From positions 124,001-188,000 of the forward strand of contig JYFJ02000087.1 of the NCBI GenBank assembly GCA_000934665.2: a stretch of DNA of 64,000 nucleotides, given 5' to 3'. This DNA comes from Catajapyx aquilonaris. Taxonomy: Eukaryota. Position numbers and translations under genes: made by a program. Of the stretch, positions 1 to 15,700 are shown one piece after another (within the stretch, counting starts at the first letter, position 1; each line of letters opens with the position of its first letter). The notes beneath the pieces were generated by a model that saw only the letters and a program-made list of their open reading frames with translations, was not told the DNA's origin and made no database searches.

Positions 1-1177
1 GGTGTGGAAGGAATTAAGTAAACTCACACGATCGGTAGACAAGGCCAAGTGCGTTTCAATATTTCAAAATAATAACAGCCATTCGTGTCCTTATGTGACA
101 CCTTGCAAGATTTGACTACAGATGCGCGTGTTTCTTTCCAGGGATTGGTTGATTCAGCCATTGGTAGTGAATGCCTTTCACAATCCAACAACTAATGAAA
201 TAAGTAGGTACACTTCCCTAAGCATCCCATACGTCTATCTCAACATTGTAATATTTTCACTTTTTTTTTTTGCAGTTATTCCACTAGGAATACTTCGGAA
301 ACCTATTTACAATGTGAACTACCCAATGTAAGTAGTACATGCAAATGAGACCAGCAGAAATTACCCTATACTTTCCAATATTATAGGTACTTAAATTTCG
401 CAAACTTAGGAGTTGTAATAGGTCATGAAATAACTCATGGGTATGATAATCATGGTAAGTACATATTTAGTTATCAAATTTCTGAAGTTGTAAAAAATTA
501 ATTGACTTATTTATCTTACAGCACTGGTGGCAAGAAGGTATGATCGAAACGGAAATATGACTCAAAGATGGTCTGATGACATGATGGTTGCATTTCGAGA
601 AAAAGCAGTTTGTTATGTAGACCAATATGCTGAATTTAATATGCCTATGGTTGGTAAAAAGGTGAGCCTTACAATTCATTTTCAAATATTTTACTCGGAC
701 AGTTCCATCCTATAAATCTATCACATCATGTCCTTTGCAGGTGGATGGGAATAACACACTTTCTGACAACATATGTGACAATGCTGGTTTACGTCACAGT
801 TGGGTGGCCTATAAAAACTGGGAAAGAGATCATGGTCCTGAACCTGTGCTTCCTGGACTGAACTTTACTGTGGATGAAATATTCTTCGTTACTTATGGCC
901 AGGTAGAATCTGACATTCATTTCCTATTCATAACTAACTTGAGTGGTTGAGTTACTGTTGTTGTTAATAACCCGCAATTACATACCGAGTAATTTTTCAG
1001 ATTTGGTGTGAAGTTTTAAACAAGGAAGGATACGAGCAGTATTCAAGAGATATGCACAGCCCAGGAAGATACCGCACATTGGGTGTCCTGCAGAACAATC
1101 TGGAATTTTCTGACACATTTCATTGTGAATCCGGAAGTGTCATGAACCCAGACAAAAAATGCCACCTCTGGACGTGA
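1..1177 (+). CDS. M13 family zinc metallopeptidase (neprilysin/ECE-like), 3' part; exons <1-48, 142-203, 276-327, 387-454, 522-661, 741-902, 1001-1177
   Basis: The phase-compatible GT-AG spliced translation gives VNAFH, GHEITHGYD (HExxH, 424-438), TLSDNICDNAG (GENIAD-like), HSPGRYR and C-terminal MNPDKKCHLWT*. These are the M13 catalytic-domain motifs. AATAAA at ~1786. Confidence 0.93.
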
Positions 1178-4151
1178 GGCAACTAAATTCAACATTGGTC
1201 CAGACCTGACATCACTCGAGGCAATTTCGCTTCTGTGGACAGACTTATCACTTCATCCACAAAGGTTAAGAAAGAAGTCGCACCTCTCTATATCCAGATA
1301 CAATCACACACAGTTGCATAGGGTTGCATTACCACGCACAATAATATTGTTCTAAAGGTCACCTTCCGGTAGGTAAGCAGTTCACTTACTGGCAACTACA
1401 GCTGTTGCCTCTTATTACCGGTACCTTTATTTGATGGTTGTTAACAAGCACAAAATGTGCCCAGGTATCATTTTGTGCCTTGAAGATGTCATGCACGAAC
1501 TTTTATGTCACATGCAGTTTACTGCAGAAATATACCACATGGAATCAAGGTCATTTGAGACCTGTGCTCCAGTCAAAAAATTGAACAATACTTACAACTA
1601 GGAATCACACCAGGATGAATCTCTTACATAATAGAAACGCACAAATTCAAATTCATCTATACTTGAGTCATTCATCTTTTTCAGGTAGTCATTTACTTAA
1701 CTCCTTTCCTGTACGAAGGAGATGTGAATCATTCTCGATTGACTGTTGCATTCAAGTTAAGGTTGCAACACTCTATACTGAAGTGAATAAAATACTGTAC
1801 GAGTATATATCGGTACAGTCACTCCAAAGCTGGAAGTCGTGACTCGAACTATGTCACATTCTTGGCACTTGCACACATGCAGGGACCCGCCAAAGTGCCA
1901 GCACATCAACCAAGCTCCACTAAATGGGATCATCCTGTTTTAACTAAAATAGTGACTCAATTATCCCAATTGTCCTTTAATTAGAATAAATCATGTCATC
2001 AATTAACAAATTACATGGTACACAGGTCAAGAATTATTAAATCTAACTCTTCAATCCAAAAGTTACCCACAAACAAAAAAAATAATTAATCAACATTAGC
2101 ACTTATTGGTAGAAAATCGATAAATATGTGAATGGTATAATGTTCAGCTATTAAAAATAATGACTAACTGAATTTCAAATCTGTAGCCATTGGGAAAGTA
2201 TTTTGTGATACAGTGGTAAGTGGTTTAACAAATATACAGCTGTTTGTTTCCATTAAAATGTGCACTCTGTGCAGTGTACAAACCTATGAACTATGTATGG
2301 TTACTGTCATTGATGTTCAGTATGGTCCAACTGCAGAAGAGATTCTGTAATGCAGGTGGGTTGACTTTTGTTAAACAACTGTAAATGTTCTGGTAGATTT
2401 TGCGCTGGCGCATAGTACCTTATGTACAATATCTTGTTTAGTGAAGGTGACTAAATAAATAATACTACACGAATAAACAATGCCCCACACTTAATCAAGC
2501 CAATTGAATTAGTAGTATTAATAACGTAGTGTCAAACACTAGTCTGGCATATTGGCTGTTCTCTTTGGAGGCTAATCAAAAATATCAGCCTACTGGTACT
2601 GCCAGGATGATTATTTTGTAATGCCAACACTCATGTTCCTTACTTTTACCTTACCTGCACTGCAATGCACATATGAACAGCTGATGGTCCAGCACATCTC
2701 AACATTTGCTGCTGTCTCTACCCAGGGAAACCCTTCATGGAAATCAAGTAATCTCGATCGCTGCTGAAGTTGTGCATGTGACGTTTTGGCTGATATCTGT
2801 GTGAATGCATTTTTTTAAAGTTTTTTGCTTCCATAAGTCAATGTTAGTAGGTGAGAGTGGAACAGGTTATATTGCAGGGTAGTTTTATTATGGTGGACAG
2901 AGGAAAACTGAATCTGGAAGGCATTTGAAATTGTGGAATACTCTTCCGAATCTGAAACTTACAAAGCAATCAATGACAGTATGATATAATTATCATTAGC
3001 CAAATATTATTGTCAGCATTTCTTCCTTCATACATCCAAGTGCCATCACCTGCAACACACATCTCACATGCCACATGTGAGGCGTGAACTGCAGATTGTG
3101 GAACTCATCAGATGCAGGAAAGAATGAGCTCCCACAATAATATTCAGCTGGCAGTAACGTGCAATCCATCCATCAAAGACAGCCTGAAAAATTAAGTATG
3201 GTTTTCCTACTTTTCTTCTACAGTTAAAATACTGTGTTCCCAAAAACACTGCATAAGTGCAAATCTTTTATCGGAAAATGGTTGGTGTTACAATTGTAAA
3301 CATGTATGATGTGAGAATTCTCTCATCTGCTGACCCTCACTTACAGGGTAAAACAAGGTGGAAAAGTAAGCACTAAATTACATCAGTTGTTCCGTCACCT
3401 CCAGTAGTAACACATATTGCATCATCTTCAATTTGGCCACAAATGTCAATCAAATTGTCTTGGAAGTTTCACCAACCGTAAGTAGTACTGCACTTCACTC
3501 TTCATTCATCTAAAACCAAACTTTCAGAGGCTCATCTCATAAATATTCTAAAACCTGTGGTTTATATTATAGTTGTAAATGACTGAAAATCCATTGACAT
3601 GAAAGAGCTACACTTTCACCACAGAAATGTACAAGGCTGCAGTACAACAGAGTTACGCCTTCACCTGGAGAGGGTTGGAGAATGACTAGAGTAATGGCCT
3701 GATCAGCAAAAATAGTTTTCCAACATTTCACACAACTAAGTCCACAATCAGGCATAATCAGTACCTTCACCATGTCTATCCAACAGATTCTCTCTCAGAG
3801 CATGTGCAGTGCTGTAGTAGTACGTGGCATGACTTTTAGGCCATGATTGTTTGTAGGATAGTGAATGGTACTCTCCAATCCCAATCCAGAAATGGTTCAT
3901 TTATCCCCCACTAGTAGGACTGCATGTCAGCCAAATTATGAACTGCTGGCGTACCTATATTACTCTTTAACATTATCTAGAAATATTGGTTGTTGCCGTG
4001 GGAAATAATAATTCTAAGTACTTTTCAGATCAATGTTATTCAAAGTGTTGAACATGGCAGTGGTTCTGTGCAAACCTCCCAATCCCACCTTTTTTGGTTT
4101 TTTTATCAGACCAAACTCACTCAACTTGTCACATCCCCAAAACCTTTCCTT

Positions 4152-7062
4152 TTATTTCCCCTTCTTCTTCTTCTTTTTATTTCCCGCACCAAGCCCCGCC
4201 CTCTGAGCCGCTTTGTCCAACTCATCTCCCCGTGGATCCCTAAACATCCACAAACCACCCAAAATGAATATGTGGCAAGCATGCAAAATGGCACTGCTCC
4301 ACACAGTTGATGGATAGCAGTTCCAGCACAACTCAATCACACCTAAAATAAGCAACCTGAAATGCAATAATGGTCTCAAGTCATATTCATGTTGTTTGGA
4401 AAATTATCAGTTCACTTCAACCACAATGTAGCATGCTTTCACAGCTTATATCACTAGTCTGCTAAAAATCTGACCCGTTAAAATAATAATACCCCATTTA
4501 TATTTGCTTCAGTTGCAAGGCTGGCTCCGAATTGAACCTAACAGTTTACCAATCCAATTTAGAAACAACTGATTCTGCAACATTCTGGGAACAAAGCATC
4601 TTTACAAAAGAACATTTTTGCACAGTGGATGCATCTTTACTATAGCCCTGTCCATTTCAGTGCTGTGAACTAGTTTTGGTGCACACATCAGACTCCCAAA
4701 GGCAATGTCCCACTGTTTACCATTTACCCCATTGAGATGAACCCCACTGCTGTCAAATGGACACTCAAGAAGATTTGGCCAATCCAACGTGGCTTACCCT
4801 GCGATTCAAAACTGGTCGAAAAGAGCCAAATGGACAAGACTAATGAATCAGCAAACCTCTTTATTGTTGATGGTGGCAACAGTGTTGTAATCATCCACAT
4901 TGAAGAAGAGCACTGATTCACAGCTGCATCAGCTGTGAAGAACTTACTCATGTAAAGTGGCTTAGTAACAATATTCTATAAATTAAGTAAAATAAATTTT
5001 TCTTACCTCCACAGGGGCTTCATGGGGATACTCCAAAGCACATATGGGAGTGAGTGAAAGTACCACACATAGAACTGGTAATGAAGTGAGCGGCTCGCAG
5101 CAATCCCAATAAAATTAGCTGTGAACATCGGAAGAAGAAACAGCTGGCAAGAGACAGATATTCCGGTCCCTTCCAAGGTATGGTAGCTCCTCAGATGCCT
5201 TGTAAAAATTTAAAAATTTGACACATCATCCAAATGGTTGAAATGTTATTAACATACCTAATCCAAGTCTTGAGGAACATTAGTATCATCAATACGTGCA
5301 GAGCGAGCAGCAACAAATGAAATCGCCTATCCAGGAAGATCTCCTCTGGAAGAAACCTCCAGTTCACAGTCCACTGGTAGAGGAAGACCCGACCAATGTT
5401 GAAGGCACGCATCACGTACCCCACAGGATTTACCGCCAGGAATGGAATCGCCAGTGTCACCTAAAATATTTCACACGCTATAGCACCAAAAATCAAGTCT
5501 TTGCAAGTGAATCCAACCTGAACAAGAGCACAGATGGTAAGCTGCTTCACAGTTGCTGGTAGTCCAAGACATAATAGGTAAGCAACGAGAAGTGCAGGAG
5601 CAAAGAGGAGGACATTCATCTTGACAGAAACACCCAAACTGCAATTAGAGTTACAAATCAGTGCTATTACGTGTTCTAAAATAATAGGTTGCAATACAGT
5701 ATTTCCAGTGGGTGTTCCTAAATAACCTAGATAAACCAACACTCAACAATTGGCAAGTATCCTATACATTAATCTCTGGGATTGGAGATTCTGCAATTCA
5801 GGGGCATCTCCTCATAAACCACAGTACACATGCATATTCTGTAAATATTCACTGGGGCTAAAGCCAATGTGCATGCACATTACAGCCTATGGAAATGCCT
5901 CTCGAATCATGCAGTTTAATCATTAAGGTTAGACGAAAATCACTACTTAATAGGCACACAGTATCCAGTTATGTTCGCAACTAAGCATTGTCAGAAAACT
6001 AGTGCATGTCACAAAAGCACCCCACAGGGTGCACATTTGGAAAGTGAAATCATGTACTACAATTGGCAATTGAACTGAACAATGACACATGCTCCCTTCA
6101 TCTTTACCAATACTGTCAAATCTAGAAAATGTGGGACATTACTGAAGGGGTTATGCTGAATATTTTTGTGCTCCTACTTTGTCAGTTTACAAAAGGGTCT
6201 TCTAAATCATCAAGCCATTCCAACAGTACATCGAGTGTGAATTGCAGTTTTTCTAGACAATGCCTACAAAAAGAATACTATGCCATTCATCAAGCGTTAT
6301 ATAGTTATACCTGAACAACACGCTTCCCAAACTCCAACGCTCATCTATGAATGCATTAAGGGCAGCGTAGAGAAAGATCATGGCAATAGGGTCGTTGAAG
6401 AGCCGCAGGACAAAAATCGAGTGGATCCTGTACGAAGTGCAGCACAAGAAGACTAGCACATAGGGTGGCACTTTTCTGGACTTGTGGTAGATGCGAAACA
6501 CAAGCGCAATAAGCAGCAAATAGCACCCAGCAAATATGTACTGCGCCAGGGCAATATTGGTTCCCCGGTTGGTTATTAAGTACAGGATGCTGTATATGTA
6601 CACAAATCCAGCGGGGTAAACCAGCGGACCAGTGTCACCTTTCAGCTCCTCATAATCCAAGGTTCCATTCAGGAATCCTTCTACTTCTTGCATATAAGCC
6701 ACCCAGTCAATCTCCGTGTCTGTGAAAAGTGAGAATATAAGTGTCAGCCACCGGGCCCGTTCTAACTGCGTCTCCTGCCCCTCACATTTGACTCTCTGTA
6801 TGATGGCCAGGTTGACAAAGGCCTCCGCCACCAGCAGGACGCAGGCGGCCAGCCAGACGAAGGAGGGGTCTGTGACCAGCCTCCTTGCGAACTCCATGTT
6901 GAAGTACTTGTTGACCAGGTTGGACGCCCTCCTCCTGACCTGCGCCAGCTGCTGCTTCCATTTCCCCTGGCCGCCTCCAGCCTGCCCGTGGGAGCCGCCT
7001 CGACCACCCGGCAAAAGAGGAGGCGGACCAGACCCCGGCGTTCGATTCCTGGGACGCGCCAT
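4152..7062 (-). CDS. ALG3: Dol-P-Man:Man5GlcNAc2-PP-Dol alpha-1,3-mannosyltransferase, 468 aa; exons 7062-6786, 6719-6311, 5638-5518, 5460-5258, 5198-5007, 4356-4152
   Basis: Motifs [48 protein letters not shown] and [11 protein letters not shown]. All introns are GT-AG and in phase. The C-terminal KKGK fits a KKxx ER-retrieval signal. Confidence 0.97.
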
Positions 7063-7224
7063 CTTGGACACGTTTTTTATGCCCCTCGAAGAAAATTATG
7101 CGGTGGCGAGCGGAACTACAAGGAGAAAATGAAGGCGATCGGAGCGACACGCGCGGGATGGAACCGAACAGCTAGAAGCGGGATATTCGATACGTTCACC
7201 AAATTTTGTTTTAATTTTAACGCG

Positions 7225-7279
7225 TTTTAACCAAAGGTTTTAACACGGGTTGGTGTCTGGTTAAAACCTTTGGTCAAAA
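7225..7279. repeat. Short inverted repeat (20-bp arms, 19/20 match, 15-nt loop) in the ALG3 promoter region
   Basis: ttttaaccaaaggttttaac (7225-7244) and gttaaaacctttggtcaaaa (7260-7279). Confidence 0.8.
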
Positions 7280-7299
7280 GGAAATTGTTGCATCCACCC

Positions 7300-7370
7300 C
7301 ATTGCGCATGCTCGGAACGGCGGCCAATGGGAAGAGTCGCGGTAACAACAATATGCGGCCAATCAGAGGG
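7300..7370. promoter_or_regulatory. Probable ALG3 proximal promoter: two CCAAT boxes and an NRF1/EWG-like site
   Basis: cggccaatgg (~7321) and cggccaatca (~7356) are 35 bp apart; tgcgcatgct lies at ~7303. All are 240-300 bp upstream of the ALG3 ATG. Confidence 0.5.
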
Positions 7371-7686
7371 CATAACCATATAACGTAGGATTTTAATATT
7401 ATAGAAGAAGACTGCGCCATTTACATGTACATAAATAGACAATTGAGAGGATTTAAGGATCATTCACACGGCAGAGGAAACCAGACCTGGTCTTGAACCG
7501 GTTCACAATAATGGCTGCTAGTCACAATGTTGCCAACCCTGGATAATACTGCAGTTGCAGCTGAATATTCTGGCATACTCAAGTGTTCAAGGCGGTTGTT
7601 AAACTTTATTCGGCAGTAAGAGTATATAAATTATTCGTCTTCCACTTGTATATTTTGATGCCGAAAATAATAGTGCAGGCAATAAT

Positions 7687-9702
<2,016 letters not shown>

Positions 9703-12700
9703 TTTGGATTTTGCTGCCTAGATATAGCTGAAACGTGACGTTGATCAAATTATTCTCACGTTTATAGATATGCAGTTACGACCCATCTCCCAAAAGGATA
9801 ATAGCTTGGATCATGAAAGGACATGCTAATGCCGCAGCATGAACAAAGCATGAGCCAGCACAAAGTTTACTGAGATCTGAGATAAAGTAATTTGCTCCTC
9901 AGATGCTGAGGGCAGATAATATCTTGGGCAGGAGCAGAATTCGTACAAAGACATGTGCACAATTCCTATAATTCAGTTACCATTGCAGTAATTTCTGTGT
10001 GCTTAATGACGGTTAGCAACCTTCATCCTATAATTTCTACATCATTGTAAAGTCTTTCATCAAACAAAAAGAACGAAATTTTCCTAATTCAAGGGTCAAA
10101 TAGACCTAAACTGTAGGACACTTCAATTTATTCATGTTGTACGCAAAAATACGATACAATTTAGTACTGCAAGTAAATACAATAGGCACTTACCTCACTA
10201 AAATTTAGAAATCAGAACCTGCCAAGAGGTATCCGAAATGAATGAAAGGCTGATTGTTTTATAGTCAACAAGCTTGGTGGCCATGGATTATCATGGCAAC
10301 CACCTGGTAGTTTGTAAACACCTGTCATATATTGTTATTATATTGTTATTTTATTGTGGTCAGACATTCTATTATTGCTGTATTGACAGTATATTCCCAG
10401 GGGCACCAGGGAAAGATTCAGGTACGGGCAGGTACCCTTGTTATTAATAATTGTTCGCAACAACGAACTAACAATAATATTGATATCTGCGGGGGATTGC
10501 TAATAAAATTTAAACAATATTAACTGACACTGTGTTCTTCACTTGATGCAATTGGCAGTCGACACGTATCCTGACTATTCACACCCACCCAAGAGCCTCC
10601 CAAGTTTAACGGGCAATCTAACTGTCAGGATAAATATGAATTTATCAAGAAATGCCTCTGTTTCTTGACTGATAATAATTAACAGCCCTGTAAAGCTGTA
10701 AGGCGTGTTAGAAATTGGCAGGAAGACGTCATTTTTTAAGAGCTGGTCTTGGGATGGCAAGTGATCGAATTGTATAGCGGCTAATCTGCCAGACAAGTTG
10801 AGCCTTGGGTCTGATCGAACATGTGGAGTCTCAGATATGTTGGTCTGCTCTGCCGCCCTGAAGGTCTATACTTGGGGTCAGGACAAGCTCATCTTCATCA
10901 GGGAAGCTGTCTGAAGCAGCGATCCATGTCCCAGCATCAGATGTATTCGGTGTCCCAGGCTGTCCAGTTCAAGGTAGTCTGCCTGGTAACGTCAGATTAA
11001 CCCAGATTAACCTGTGGTCAAAATTTAATGCAGGAATATTATGCAATAATGCTTGCCAAATGTTCTTAAGGTTGGGTTAATACGGTGCTGAAAAACTGCC
11101 TTGCACTTTCCAAAAAAATGCACTCGTGAGATAATTATGTGGCGAATAAAATATGCATTATCGCGTGCTATGCTGTTATGCGGAAGCGAAACACGATACC
11201 TTCAGGATCTTCTCTATATATTCACTTTTCTGCACGGCCTAGTGCTTGACAACATGCAATTTCTCTCTCTGTACTTCCACTAAGGGCTATGTGTTGCTAA
11301 TTATTAGAAGATATAATACACGCAAATGTATACACCGTGCAATTTAATAATTCCCACAATTAAAACACAATAAATTCTTGATCCAAATGCTTTGGGCCTT
11401 TTCGCTTCCCTGTTAATCCAGTCTCCCAGACAAGAACAACTCTGGAAAGTTCCTTGGCGACACTAACCATCCTTTACGTCTTAAAAGAGCCGGGGTCTAA
11501 GTAAGGGAAACAATGCCATTACTTAATTATGCGCACTAATCTCTCAAGCCTGTCCCATAGACCCTGCGAGGACGCCTTAGTAGTTGAAAAAGAGAAAGAC
11601 CTCTTCGTAATAATTGTATTATCGGAACCATTAGAGGGCCAGATTCAAGGTGGTGCAAAACACGCTCCTTCTCCTTAATAATAAGAGCTTGCAATTAGCG
11701 TAACAGCACGGGCAAAGCCACAGCCAGGACTTGAAACAATGGAAGACGAAGAAGCTGCCGAATGCTGATGCCATCCCTGGCTAACACTCGACTCGATCTC
11801 TCTCGATCACGTTAATTACACTGCAAGTTGAAAAGCATCGCTTATTCAAACCCACAGTCACCCTCTCTTCCACTCGAGTGTTTATTTACTAATCAGCATA
11901 ATTAAACGTTTGCTCTCGCACGCAGCATCATGTAGCTGATTTTGATTAACGATTACTTATGAATTATTGCTTTCTGTCACATTATGATGTGATGCATGAT
12001 CGATCGCGGGTTCATATACTGGTGTGAGTCAATGCACAGGTGGACGGTGGCATAATTTTCACTGCTGCAATAGGACCTATTAAGAGGAAAAGTCGATATG
12101 TCACACACCGATAGTCAGAGCGCCCACAAAATTTTCACTCAAAACTCAACATTGTTCATGATATTAATTTAGGCCTGATTGTACAATAGATTTGTTTAAT
12201 ATTGATGTAATTAAGTTACGGTCATAAAAATTACAGTACGTGTTCCGTACATAAATTATCATGACGGATATGCTGGAATGATGGCAGATAGGCTTAATGT
12301 AAATATGAAAAGTACATAATAGCATTGTAAATTAACACGACTCACTTAAATTCACTTCTTAAACAGCATTTTAAAAATTCCGAGTGAGAATTTAAAATAC
12401 ATGAGCTAATGTATGAAATTCAGCTTGAAGAATGACCATTACTCGTTCACTACTCGAGTAATTTGAACTAAAAAAAACTGCAAATCGCTCAAAATGGAAA
12501 AGGAACACCTCGTGTAAAACTAACTAAAAATGAAAACTATTCAAATTATTTTATAATGTACTCGAACATATTGGACTGGTCAAAAACTTAGTTCTGGTCA
12601 AGAGCAATTAAATTCGTAACACTGGAGGATATAGTGCCCTTTTTCACACCAGAATTTCTAGTGGAACGTGGCTGAGCATGCTATCGAACTATGGGCTAGT

Positions 12701-15700
12701 AGTAGTCCTAGAGGCTATAATAAGGATCGGCCCGTTGGATGGGAAGCGGAAGTGCGGGTGTGAAAAGGCTCCTGACGTCAGAGTAAGTCCAAACGAGGCG
12801 AAAGCAATTAGGGGGTACAAAGGCGGCAGGGTGTCACTTATGCATTGTACCCTTCGGCAGGTTCAAGCCCGGTTAATTAAGACCGCCCGCAGAGACGGAG
12901 AAGATCAGAAGAATCAAGATGATCACCACCAAAAAGGCGCACTTTGGAAATAAGTAGGCCAAGTGCTGTTCCGGAGTCGCACCAAAAACCGATGTTGCAC
13001 TAGTTTATGAATAAATGAATACGGGCATTACCGTAATGGAGCAGCTAGGCCGCAAGTTTCCGCTAAGCTTGGCTAGATTTTGGTTCAGATGTTAATGGTA
13101 AGTGCACCTCTTGTAAGGTGATTACACTGTTTAAATTCGTCCGATGCCATCTTCAGGCTGCAATATTTAATCAAAGTCGATAGAACAGGACAGTGTACTA
13201 CTATAGACATGGATTTTAATGGCATCCGCCAATAAAAAGTCACTGCAGTTCAATGCAGAATACAGAATGTAATCGTGTAATTATTACAAAAATTAGTTAT
13301 TGTCGACACTGTTATGCTGGGGCACATATTGCGCATTTTAGTATCCATTATGCATCAGGCCATGCAGTTTTAATACGTCGCAAAAATTTATTCAACGAAA
13401 CTGCCCCCTTTCCAGATTTTCGCCTAAAAAATTCCACCATATGTTCTGTCTTGTCCAGTCCGAGAAAATCAATTTATCAGTTCCAAGTTCTAACCCCTTG
13501 CAGAATACACGCTATTTGTTGCACCTGTCTAGTCGAAGCATTCCTGCTGTCTAATACCATCTTGCAAACGCAATATAGCAAACAAAATATAAAAAAGGAT
13601 GTCCCTCGGACACATATCTCATTTCCCCCACGTTCCTCTTGAGACCCGCTTCATTTTCTGCCGCTGTCAGATCCTCCCTCCAATAAGCACCTTTGAAGTT
13701 TGCCTAGCTCACCTCTGATCTATTTTGGATGAAACGGGGAAAAATTGCTACACTCTTTTGTTCTTCAGAACTCGTACTATGTTCAGGCTTCCAATACATA
13801 ACCACAAGATTACATCCACTGCGCATCTCCGGAATTTTATGTTTTTGAATGAGCTATAGGTAGTAAGATGGTTAGCGCGTACAAGCCTGATGGAGTATGA
13901 GAGCGGCATAAAGGTAGATGAAAGTGCGCCTGCTCTCTCACTGGGTCCCTGGAACCAACCGCTCCTCGTCTGCCCCCCCTTTTTAGCTGATGTACAAGGC
14001 GAACTACGAGCAGTGAACGCGCCACGACGACAAACGGACCGCACGCAAAAGCTGTCCCCCACATTGCCATCAACTATCAGGTAAGGCACTTAGTCGACTC
14101 ATACAAATTGTTTTTTAAGCAAAAAAAATGGTTTTATTTGTACCGAATATGTGGTACGTGTAGACAAAATTGAATCGTACGGTTCGCAAACTTTGTGGCG
14201 GGAATTATCATAAATAGCGGCACGCAGTTCTTCCATGCAAACTAATTCCTGGATTGTGTTTCGATTTCCGTGGATTTGACACGAGTTGCGTGTTTTTATT
14301 CGGGAGTCATTGCACGCATTGTGACGTTGGTTGGAATTGCTAAGTGACTACGGTTGTTATGCGATCTGTATATTTGGGGGAGAAATGCTGAAATTTTTAT
14401 ATGGTGGTGCATGGTTGTTCATTTCGGCAACAGTTTAAAAGAGAAGCAACAAGCTGTTGGCTTGACTCTTTACACTCCGAACATTTTTGCTAGCCCAAGT
14501 GCATATGAATAATCGTATCTAGCACATTTTAGCATTAAACTCTCAGTATCTGAATCAGCGGAAATGCTTACAAAAAGAACTTCATGACCAAAATAGACTG
14601 TTAGGTTCAAGGCCAATGAGGTTATCTAAACTAACGGTATCTTCTTCGTTCGGCCTAGTGCGCACAAAATATACAAAGCAGAAATATTCGGCCACTTTCT
14701 CTAAATTTTCGTGGAAGGCTACTAAAGGCGGATGCTCTGATATAGGAATCATCTGGAAATTAGCTACCTCAGCAGCATCCAAGGAAGGACGTGGGAGCAG
14801 CACATAAGCGAATCTGAGGCCAGAAAAATTTCACTCTGCTTTTATGGACGGAAACCAATTTTACTTCCCCAGTAACACTATTACCAACTCCTCCCTCAGA
14901 CAACTCTCTAATTTCAAAAAATTATATTGACAGTGTTTGGAAAGTTTGGAGCTTTGATGCAGACCAAACCCGGGTGGAAACCCTAGGGATGCGACCAATT
15001 GAGTGTAGGAGTTAAGTAATATATTCACCCTTATAGTAGTAGGCTACTGGAGTCGCAATTAATAATAATAACATCATGTCAAGGACAATTTTGAAGTCAG
15101 CACTCTTCTGAAGGTTCCTTCACTCAAGAAAGGCACAACAGCCCCTTCTTTTTTCAGTAAAAAGTTCAATTAAAATTATTATTAATATGTTAAAAGGAGC
15201 TTCTGAAGCTAACTGAGATCACTCCGAACAGTGCCTATACAAAATAAAACCGAGTATCAGAAATGCCCTATACATATTCAATATTGACTGTCGTATGACA
15301 GGTGCTCCTGTGGTGAAAAAAAGTGCAACTACTTTCACCGTAAGGTGTCCTAAAAGCTGCTTATAAAGGTTTCGAATGATTCACCGTGCCTGACTCGACC
15401 ATGGTGTGAAGACATGCCATCGTAAATATTAATAAGCCAAGCCATCAACCCTAGGCGAGCTATAACCACCTATACACGTAAAGTGAATAAGTGGTCGCTA
15501 TTTCCAATCAGTGTCGGTGAACTCTATCTGTTTTCGCAAGCCTCCCCTGAGATTCGGTCGCTTGTTCAGCGCTTTATGTGCAGCCGAGACCAAACCAAGT
15601 ACCAAGCCGGTTATCAAGTTGCACCCCAAGCTTTGTGTAGAAATTCCCTTGTTGAACTGTAACATTGCTCCGCTATATGGTCTCTTAGTCAGCCATACAA

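Noticed and set aside
2600..3900. Possible decayed transposase between neprilysin and ALG3
   Set aside because: No diagnostic motif or termini could be read in any frame.
6720..6785. Apparent 22-aa insertion in ALG3 in the ORF track
   Set aside because: It is a stop-free 66-nt GT-AG intron; splicing restores the conserved KYTEIDW.
10770..10990. Possible RTE-like LINE 3' remnant on the minus strand
   Set aside because: Only a faint R..LMLGH pattern interrupted by stops; too weak to call.
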